DNA from: a virus
Reading direction: 5' to 3' (one strand)
Length of the DNA: 64,000 nt
IMG/VR virus record: IMGVR_UViG_3300044833_000114
Span: 1-64,000 of that record
Part shown: in pieces, positions 57,191 through 64,000 of the stretch
How the letters are laid out: each line of letters begins with the position of its first letter
Numbering within the stretch: position 1 is the first letter of the stretch
Notes under the pieces: generated by a model
The model's input: the letters and a program-made list of their open reading frames with translations, nothing else
Told to the model about the DNA's origin: nothing
The model's database searches: none
Translations under genes and position numbers: made by a program

Positions 57191-57931
57191 TCACGCTGCC
57201 ACCTCCATGATTTGAATTAACTGCGGTTGCTGCACCAGGTGCGTCGTCGGCTGCACGAAGCCGGAGCAGTCTTTCCTTGCGCGTCCCTTTGCGCGCAGAC
57301 CGATGATGCGGCTGTGTGGGTCCGTCTTGAAACGAAGGTCGTGCAAGTCTCCGTCGTAGACTTTGTACCCTTGCCACGTCTTCGGAAGCTGATGTCCTCG
57401 CTTGACGCCAAACACTACTGCAACGTTGACTCCGTGCATTAGTGCGTCCATAGCGTCGTCGATGTTCGTCTCTGATAGTGAGAACGTCAAATGGTAGTTA
57501 GGCAATGTCCGTTCCCATGGTCGCGGGTGTTTTGTGTAGTCGTAAAGCTGAACGTGTGGAAACATCGGCGCAATAGTGTGAGCTAAGTACGGAAGATCAG
57601 ACGTTCCGTTGAGTCGCACGCAAGGCTTTAGGCCGTCACGTTTCGCCTTACGGACGAGTGCTTCAATCTCCGAACACAATTGTAGCACGAACGCCGAACG
57701 ATCTTGAATCAAAAACTTCGTCTTCCGAATGCGCGCTCGGTTGATCATCGGAAACGCAGCCGCCCTGCCTGCAGTGAACAGGCAAGCCGCCTTGCATCCC
57801 GCTGACGCCGAAGCACATGTGTTGGTGACGCCGGACGAATCAGCTGGAGCGAGATAAAGGATCCCTGTTAGATAACCCTTCTTCTCACCCTTGATCGTCT
57901 TGGCGTCGTGGCTTACGGATAGTAGTTTCAT
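57191..57931 (-). CDS. Gp88-like protein (radical-SAM-like fold)
   Basis: C....AGCKAAC, VRLNGTSD, YDYTK, NYHLTFS, DGDLHDLRF, GLRAKG. Confidence 0.8.
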   Translation of the reverse strand: MKLLSVSHDAKTIKGEKKGYLTGILYLAPADSSGVTNTCASASAGCKAACLFTAGRAAAFPMINRARIRKTKFLIQDRSAFVLQLCSEIEALVRKAKRDGLKPCVRLNGTSDLPYLAHTIAPMFPHVQLYDYTKHPRPWERTLPNYHLTFSLSETNIDDAMDALMHGVNVAVVFGVKRGHQLPKTWQGYKVYDGDLHDLRFKTDPHSRIIGLRAKGRARKDCSGFVQPTTHLVQQPQLIQIMEVAA

Positions 57932-58248
57932 GATTGTCCTTGATCCTGGCCCTCCGCTTTGAAGATGGCCTTATTCGCAGCAGCATCGGCAACCATCAAC
58001 GAGAAGTGTTTCCTAACGTCCAGTTTTACGACGCCGCGAAGTTCCCGTCGCAGGTCGCGGAGTGCATCCAACATCTCCGGCGCCGCTGCGATGAGACGTG
58101 CGTTGGACATCACTTCGGTGCCCGTCTGTCCGTTGGATGAGATTTCGGCTATCACTGCCTCACTTCCCGGCGCAATGACTAGACCGTTTGGCGATTCCTC
58201 CGAGACTTCAACAGTCCACGGTCCCGGAGTAAATTTCACTTCAGTCAT
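57928..58248 (-). CDS. Conserved phage early protein
   Basis: FTPGPW...NARLIAAAPEML. Confidence 0.8.
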   Translation of the reverse strand: MTEVKFTPGPWTVEVSEESPNGLVIAPGSEAVIAEISSNGQTGTEVMSNARLIAAAPEMLDALRDLRRELRGVVKLDVRKHFSLMVADAAANKAIFKAEGQDQGQS

Positions 58249-58262
58249 GTTTTCTCCTTTTC

Positions 58263-58340
58263 TTGGGGCACACAAGTGCATCCCGCACCACGGCCTTGTT
58301 AATTAACAGGGCCGTGGTATGTGAGGCGCTTTGCTTACTC
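58263..58340 (-). promoter_or_regulatory. Structured intergenic element, copy F (divergent)
   Basis: GAGTAA..long hairpin..CGGGA..CCCCAA then AGGAG. Confidence 0.55.
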
Positions 58341-58782
58341 TTTTTCTTGTACGGGTGTGACGACTGCGATCAGTCCGGGTCGGCGCATCTCCCCGAACTT
58401 TCTAGCTGCAGCCTGGTCCATTGCGCGGATGATGGTGTAGGTTTGTCCGTCCTTCTCGTCTCGCACTAGGTTCTCGGGGCGCACGCTGCCCCGATACCAC
58501 TCGATGCGGTACCGCCGGCGGTCAGACATTTCGCTCATCTTGTTCGTAGGCGAGCTGGTCCAGATAATCCTCTGAACCTTTCAGCGTGTGTTTCTTCACG
58601 TTGTTCAAGACTTCCTCCAGCTCCTCGACCGAGATGACGTTGGCCGCGATGCAGTATTCGCGCAAGTCGAGAATACGCACCTCGGCTGTCTCTGCGTTCT
58701 TGGCGAACACGGTATCATGAAACCACTGCTGCTCGTCGTTGTCGTAGCTGATGACCAAGTAGCGGTTCAGTTTTTTAGGCAT
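58335..58782 (-). other. Two small hypothetical genes (58335-58538, 58522-58782)
   Basis: Coupled ORFs. Confidence 0.6.
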
Positions 58783-59392
58783 TGTGTTCTGCTCCGTATT
58801 TCTGCGCGGCTGTTTCGCCTTGCGCGGTTAGCTTTGCTATGTGTGCTGCTTCGCTCTTCGCGGCTGCTGTGGCTTCTTCCCTGCAGTACTTGATATCGCC
58901 GATGAAACCCCAGCACGAATCCAGGTGCGAGTCTTCTGGGCTCTCGATGATGTAGCCGTAGACTTCGCCGGTGAGATAGCTGTCGTACTCGGATACCTCA
59001 GCCACCAGCAAGTCGATCGCTTCCTGACGCCGCTTCTTGGTGACGTTCTTGCACATCCAGTTCTCACGGATATCTTTCTTCTCCGCGTAGATGAATCCAA
59101 CCTGACCGCTGTCCCACGGACAAGAGAACGGGGAAGTACGCATCGTGATGCCGCTGTGGTCGTAGAGATAAAGCGGCAGAGCTACGCCGCCCTCTTTCTC
59201 AATGCGCTCCACGAACTCTTTGGCTTCTTCCACGCTCATGCTGTGCTTGTCGCCCAGGTCGTAGCGACGGTGAAAGCAAACCATGTGGCCGAAGTTGTCG
59301 TGGTCGGTGCGCGGATTGAATGGTTCAGAGTCCTGCAAGATGCGAACGGTTAGCCCGTCCACCTCGAAGCGCTCTACGTCATCGTTGTGCAT
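58775..59392 (-). CDS. Conserved phage early protein
   Basis: LPLYLYDHSGITM..WDSGQVGFIY..YLTGEVYGY..DSCWGF. Confidence 0.8.
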   Translation of the reverse strand: MHNDDVERFEVDGLTVRILQDSEPFNPRTDHDNFGHMVCFHRRYDLGDKHSMSVEEAKEFVERIEKEGGVALPLYLYDHSGITMRTSPFSCPWDSGQVGFIYAEKKDIRENWMCKNVTKKRRQEAIDLLVAEVSEYDSYLTGEVYGYIIESPEDSHLDSCWGFIGDIKYCREEATAAAKSEAAHIAKLTAQGETAAQKYGAEHNA

Positions 59393-59406
59393 ACGTTCTC
59401 CTTTTA

Positions 59407-59463
59407 TTGGGCGAGTGATGCCCGACAGCGCCACCATCACTGATGGCGCTGGCATGCTCACTC
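59407..59463 (-). promoter_or_regulatory. Structured intergenic element, copy E
   Basis: GAGTGA-GCATGC-hairpin-TCGGGCATCACTCGCCCAA. Confidence 0.8.
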
Positions 59464-60628
59464 CCTGTCTATGTTGAACCACTGCTCTCCCAGCTCTTCT
59501 TTCTGCTCGGTGCTTAAGGCTTCGTTTAAGACTTGAAACAAGGTCTCTTCCGGCAGCACGTTAATAACCTGCCGAAGTAAATCTGCGGTTTGCTCTGTTG
59601 TCAGCTTTCCGATATCGATCATGCTTCCTCCCTTTTTGCGTAAGATGGTGCGAAGAACTCGAACAAATCTGCGTCGTGTTCGCGCAGGAATTCCCACTCG
59701 CGGTCAGACAAGAGCAAATCATCTGCTGGAGTTGATTCGAGATTGTCATAATCGAGAAGGTCTATATCGACGCCTCCCTCATTGATTGCTATATTGGCGA
59801 CACCTCCGTTGATCGTCACAAGCAAATACGGCTTAAATGCTTGCGCGATCTTCTTGCTTGCCGTCCTGAGTCGTCCGTGCTCCAAAGCGCTCGCGGCACT
59901 CCGGAGTAAACGTGCTTGTTCTGCTCTGGTCATTTCGCCTCCAATGATTTGTTGTGCAGCTTGACGATGTGCTTTGCGACTTTCTCGGATATAGCTACTC
60001 CGGTGACTTCTTCTTCGCCGTCTTCGCTTGTGATGATGAACATCCCGGCGTGTAGACCGTAGGTCTTCTCGTCATCTGCAAGCTGCCATACCGCCCATTT
60101 CTGCTTGAGTATGTTCATGACACCTTCCTTTCGTTCTGCGCTACGTGGCGCGGGCAGTACTTGCTTCCTTGGGTTGCGTCTTCGATGCACAACCCGGCGT
60201 CGCAGCACGAAGGTCCGTAGCTTATTTCTGCTCCCGCCAAAATATCCGAAAGCTTGTGGTAGGCGTCGCGCGCCGGTCCCTCCGACTCTTCGCCGGAGAA
60301 CTCACGGTCGATGAACTGCGTGTACTCCGCGCGCTTCTCGTTGACTTCAATCGTGATCGTGATCTTTGCACTCATGCTGCCTCCCTTTCCTGCTTCTTAA
60401 ACTCAAGTTTCTGCTTTGGTTTTGGTGTCGGCCTCACTGCGCGGCCGAAAGAGAGTACGAAACCTACAGACACAACGAACCACGCTGAGAAAACTCCTGC
60501 TGCTATCATCAGGCCTCCCTTTCTATGAACGGCTGCACGCGGTTTGCTTCGCGCTGCCATCCCTCAAACTCTTGAATCTCCAGCTCCAGCTCTGTTTCTG
60601 TTTGTATTTCTGTTTGAGTCTCTTGCAT
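59458..60628 (-). other. Six small hypothetical genes
   Basis: Coupled ORFs with GGAG-type RBS, e.g. 59619-59933, 60115-60375. Confidence 0.6.
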
Positions 60629-60641
60629 GTTTCTCCTTTGC

Positions 60642-60698
60642 TTGGGAAGTGAATCCCGACGCGCACCCTCTCAGCGAAGGTGCGCGGCATGTTCACTC
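60642..60698 (-). promoter_or_regulatory. Structured intergenic element, copy C
   Basis: GAGTGAACATGC-hairpin-TCGGGATTCACTTCCCAA. Confidence 0.8.
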
Positions 60699-61626
60699 AC
60701 GCTGCGACTGCTGCCAGCTCCGGTTCTTGTTGCGGTTGCTCTACGGGCTTCTCGAACTTCACGTCTCGGATGTGATCGCAGGCTTTCTGCGCCGCGCTGA
60801 TGGATTGCATCAGCATCTTCTTGTTGTTGTCGTTGAGCTTGAGCTTCTCAAGCCAGTGCTTGATGTAGGCCGCACTGTTCTCGACGACCGCAGGGGCGAT
60901 GCCGACGACACCGCACAGCATCGAAGCGCCGAACTCTGCGACCAGCTCCTCAGCGCTGTACTTGTCGCCGCCAAAGCCATCACCGTTCGTGATGCCTTCG
61001 CGACTCAGCCTCTTGAGTGCGCCGGTTGAGTGCACCATCTCGTGGAACAAGGTGCTGTAGTATTCGCGTTGCTCCTTGAATGCTCCGCGAACCGGCGTGC
61101 CGATCAGGTCTTCGGACGGACGGTAGAAGGCTGCACCGGCGTCCACCAGCTTCGGCTTATCCGGGTATCCATCCCAGATTGCTTGCGCCGCCGGCAGATC
61201 CTCGATTGGTGCCTGGGGTTTGTTGAGCCCGAGTTCTTCGGCTAGCTCCGGGTTGCACTGGGTGATGTTGAAGACGTGCCAGGTCTTCCAGTACCCGGCG
61301 CGCGTGGTGCCGTCCTCGCCCGTCTCTTCGTTCCTGCTCTTGCGGTCATAAACTGCGTACTTGCAGATCGCAGTTCCCTTCTCACCCTTCATGACGTGAC
61401 CGCCCAGGTCCTTGGCCTGCTTCGCAGTGAGCCACCAGGGAGAAGCCTTCTGCTGCAACATGAGCAGGAAGACATTCATTCCGCGGTACTCTTTCTGACT
61501 GATGAGATTCTTGGGAAGGCCTTGACTGACCCAGGGCTTGCGCCACGGGACAGTGCCTGCCTCAAGCTGCGATATGATCTGGTCTGCCGCTTGCTGATAC
61601 GGCGACACTTTCTTCTGGTCTTCCAT
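60697..61626 (-). CDS. ardC: ArdC-family antirestriction protein (ssDNA-binding plus zincin)
   Basis: PWRKPW, YRGMN, WLTAKQA..LGGHV.KGEKG, TLFHEMVHSTG, EELVAE. Confidence 0.92.
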   Translation of the reverse strand: MEDQKKVSPYQQAADQIISQLEAGTVPWRKPWVSQGLPKNLISQKEYRGMNVFLLMLQQKASPWWLTAKQAKDLGGHVMKGEKGTAICKYAVYDRKSRNEETGEDGTTRAGYWKTWHVFNITQCNPELAEELGLNKPQAPIEDLPAAQAIWDGYPDKPKLVDAGAAFYRPSEDLIGTPVRGAFKEQREYYSTLFHEMVHSTGALKRLSREGITNGDGFGGDKYSAEELVAEFGASMLCGVVGIAPAVVENSAAYIKHWLEKLKLNDNNKKMLMQSISAAQKACDHIRDVKFEKPVEQPQQEPELAAVAA

Positions 61627-61637
61627 AGTCACCTCGA

Positions 61638-61688
61638 TTGGGAATGAGTCCCGGTCGCCCTACCAAGGCAGGGCGAACGCGTTCACTC
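61638..61688 (-). promoter_or_regulatory. Structured intergenic element, copy B
   Basis: GAGTGAACGCGT-hairpin-CCGGGACTCATTCCCAA. Confidence 0.85.
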
Positions 61689-61973
61689 CGTAGGTATGTC
61701 CAGCTCGAATTCAAACGGATTGAAGTAATGCGGACGATGTATCTCGTCGCCATCCCCGTCATAAATTGTGTTGTCGAAGTTCTCAATGAACTTCTCGACG
61801 TCGGCGGGCAGATCAACTCGCACTTTGAGAGCCGTGACGGTCGCGTATGAGCCTTCAACGTGCACGATTGTATTCAGAGCTTCACTCATGCACAGAGCTA
61901 TCGGGCAGTGATTTGGGTCGTCCTGTATTCCTCTCGCGATGTGGTCTTTCGTAACTTCAAATTTACGCAGCAT
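61683..61973 (-). CDS. Hypothetical protein
   Basis: RBS AGGAGG; VT..HI..G....CPIA. Confidence 0.75.
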   Translation of the reverse strand: MLRKFEVTKDHIARGIQDDPNHCPIALCMSEALNTIVHVEGSYATVTALKVRVDLPADVEKFIENFDNTIYDGDGDEIHRPHYFNPFEFELDIPTE

Positions 61974-61985
61974 TCGTCCTCCTGT

Positions 61986-62036
61986 TTGGGAATGAGTCCC
62001 GGCGAGCCCACCGTGATGGGCTCGACGCGTTCACTC
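61986..62036 (-). promoter_or_regulatory. Structured intergenic element, copy A
   Basis: Flanks identical to copy B with a different inner hairpin. Confidence 0.85.
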
Positions 62037-62222
62037 TGCGAAAGTAACGAACGTTATTTCGAAGTACTCATCCTGCGGCCCCGACTCATTGTCCATGCCT
62101 CGTTCCGGTTCGTACTCCTCTTTCCAGTACTCTTGCAACTTGTCTTCTGTTGGCTCTTCGCGAAACAGAGCGAAGTCTTCTCCGTGTCTGTGGTGATAAA
62201 TCCCCAACCAATGACCCTTCAT
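62031..62222 (-). CDS. Small acidic protein
   Basis: RBS GGAGG. Confidence 0.65.
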   Translation of the reverse strand: MKGHWLGIYHHRHGEDFALFREEPTEDKLQEYWKEEYEPERGMDNESGPQDEYFEITFVTFAE

Positions 62223-62509
62223 GCGACCTCCTGTTTTCCTGCGTAGTGGATTGTTGGCTTGCTAACGCTGGGTGGTGCGCCTTTCTTGTTGAGCACGTAG
62301 CCGTCGAAGTGCATGTCCCGCTCAATCTTCAAACCAAACGGGCCTTTGACAGACTGAAGCTCGGACAGATTGAAGTAGCCGAGTTCCTTCTCGTGGCCTT
62401 CGACCAGACCGAAGAACATAAACTCAGTCCATGTCTCCTTCGGGCATTCGGTGCAGTCGAAGCATGCATGCTCGGGGCAGACCAGCGAACCCTCGACTGC
62501 GTACCAGGA
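62219..62509 (-). pseudogene. DUF2958-like gene, 5'-truncated
   Basis: WYAVEG...FFGLVEGHEKELGYFNLSEL...IERD lies directly behind an in-frame TGA with no start codon. Confidence 0.65.
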
Positions 62510-62631
62510 TCACAGCGCCCTCCTTGTGTGGCCGCATCTTAGGCAACGCCACCACTTACCGAGTACGTTGGCTAACTCAAACTTGCGTTGCTTCTGACAA
62601 TGTGTGCAGGTCAGCCAGCGAATGTCGGGAG

Positions 62632-63149
62632 TCATAACACTCCCGCTGACTTCGCCACTTGTTCCTCAAAGTTGCCGTGGTCCAGCCATCGCGACACAAA
62701 CTTCGTGACGCAAGATTGTCCACAGACATCCGCATCGAATGCAGGATTAGTTCCGTTAGAATCTCCCGCTGCCATAATGCGAAGTTCGACGTCGCCACTC
62801 TTCAACGTAACCACGACGTGAATCCTCCACCAGTGGTTCGCCTCTTTCTTCGGCGCACCGCAACAATCGCAAACAACTACTTTGTTCATCATTGGTTGCC
62901 TCCAAAGTCGTACTCGAATGCAGCGTCGTGACCTAGCGTGCGCAGGCCCACCACCGTCATGCTGCCGTCTTTGGCGCGGTACTCTGAAGTGTCCGAATAG
63001 CGGAATTGTTGCTTAGGCCAATACTCTGAATCGTGCTTCCGTTGAACCCTTGGCCGCACAGGCTGTAGGGAGATGACTGTGTCCAGGGTGCCGTCATCTT
63101 CAAGACACACGTCGAACAGTACGCCGTTTGCGCGTATTCTCATCGTCAC
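62632..63149 (-). other. Two small hypothetical genes (62632-62892 Zn-finger; 62889-63149)
   Basis: CDCCG..DVCG..C; coupled ORFs. Confidence 0.65.
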
Positions 63150-63154
63150 GCCTC

Positions 63155-63215
63155 TTGGGGGAAAGTATCCCGCAAGCCCCCAAGCTAAGCCGGAGGGCTT
63201 ACGCGCTACTTACTC
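63155..63215 (-). promoter_or_regulatory. Structured intergenic element, copy D
   Basis: GAGTAAGTA..hairpin..CGGGATACTTTCCCCCAA. Confidence 0.7.
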
Positions 63216-63812
63216 CACAGCTTTCTTCCAGATGCTGAACGAGATGTCGAACTGACCTACGCCGTCGATGTTGAAGAGCAAACGCTTGTGACCTGCGTCG
63301 TGCAAGCGCTTGTATATCGCTTTAGGGTTGTCATTCTGTCCTGGGTGAAAGCCGCTCTCGAAGTCTCCTTCGAGCTTGATGTAGCCGTAATCGGCTGGGC
63401 TGATGTGGTCGTTGAGTGCACGGCGTGGGTTGTCTTCGATGCTTTCCAGATACTCTTCTATCGGGCAGCAGTCCACACAGAACAGCTCGCAGTCGTTCAT
63501 GATGAAGTAACTGGGCTGCCATCCCCAGCAGTTAGGGCTCATGCGAATAGCCTTGTTGCACTCCTGACAGTTAGACCATTCGTCCGACCACTCGATCTCG
63601 TAGCCGTAAGCTTCCAGCAAACGAGTCGCATCACCGGAGAACTTGTTCCAGTTGCCGAACAGAATTCCCTTCTTCGGGTCTTTGTAGCCTGGTTCCGCGT
63701 ACTCGTGGGACCAGCCTAGGTTCTCGATCTCGCTTTCTCTTGCTCGCAAATCGTATGGTCCGCAGGATGGCGGACGACACAGCGACTTGCGAAGAATGTA
63801 CTCTGGAGTCAT
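63210..63812 (-). CDS. Conserved phage hypothetical protein
   Basis: YAEPGY..GNWN..EWSDEW..CQEC..FESGFHPGQNDNP. Confidence 0.75.
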   Translation of the reverse strand: MTPEYILRKSLCRPPSCGPYDLRARESEIENLGWSHEYAEPGYKDPKKGILFGNWNKFSGDATRLLEAYGYEIEWSDEWSNCQECNKAIRMSPNCWGWQPSYFIMNDCELFCVDCCPIEEYLESIEDNPRRALNDHISPADYGYIKLEGDFESGFHPGQNDNPKAIYKRLHDAGHKRLLFNIDGVGQFDISFSIWKKAVE

Positions 63813-64000
63813 AGCAGTCCTTTCGCGTTGGGAGAATGTCCCGCAGCGCCCACACTCTCGGATGGGCGCTACGTGCTCTTCTCTCACTTATCCGTTCGGA
63901 TTCATTGCCTTCTCGCCCCAACCTCTGGGGTGAGGTTCTTCGTGGTCTACATATTCGTCGTCGCGTTCCGCTTCTATCTCGGCGCACCAGTTGCATGTAT

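Larger units (their letters stand above)
1..64000. mobile_element. Temperate podovirus-like bacteriophage genome (partial, probably unintegrated)
   Basis: TerL-portal-scaffold-capsid-adaptor-nozzle-ejection gene order, no tape measure or sheath gene, integrase plus repressor plus attP, no host housekeeping genes. Confidence 0.93.

Noticed and set aside
58263-63215. CRISPR array or IS inverted repeats
   Set aside because: Copies are separated by whole genes, conserve structure more than sequence, and no transposase is present
1-64000. Stop-codon reassignment
   Set aside because: Hallmark genes are intact in the standard code and TAA, TAG and TGA all end genes

Overview
The window is most of a temperate, short-tailed (podovirus-like) dsDNA phage genome, apparently unintegrated, because a candidate attP lies mid-window with phage genes on both sides. 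Plus strand 1-39.9 kb: recombination genes (UvrD C-terminus, PD-(D/E)XK nuclease), two tandem sigma-70 region-4-like regulators, a Clp-type ATPase, C39-like peptidase, MazG, GH108 endolysin, terminase, portal, scaffold, major capsid, HNH, tail spikes, two paralogous adaptors, nozzle, and ejection proteins including a 1509-aa polyvalent protein. 39.9-43.3 kb: lysogeny module (MarR-type repressor, attP = 5' half of tRNA-Gln(CUG), tyrosine integrase). Minus strand 43.4-64 kb: a dense early/accessory array (GHKL ATPase, second tyrosine recombinase, ASCH, SNF2 helicase, gp88-like, ArdC, many small ORFs). Most unusual signals: (i) a covarying two-state RNA element repeated six times between early genes, spanning the upstream stop codon and the next RBS; (ii) a glutaredoxin plus membrane CxxC pair beside Cys-rich tail genes, possibly a cytoplasmic disulfide relay; (iii) up to three ART-like folds in the largest ejection protein; (iv) a 30-bp putative late promoter present twice; (v) a kissing loop over the HNH gene RBS. 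All family calls are by-eye motif recognition; no searches were run. An Acidobacteriota-like host is only a weak impression.
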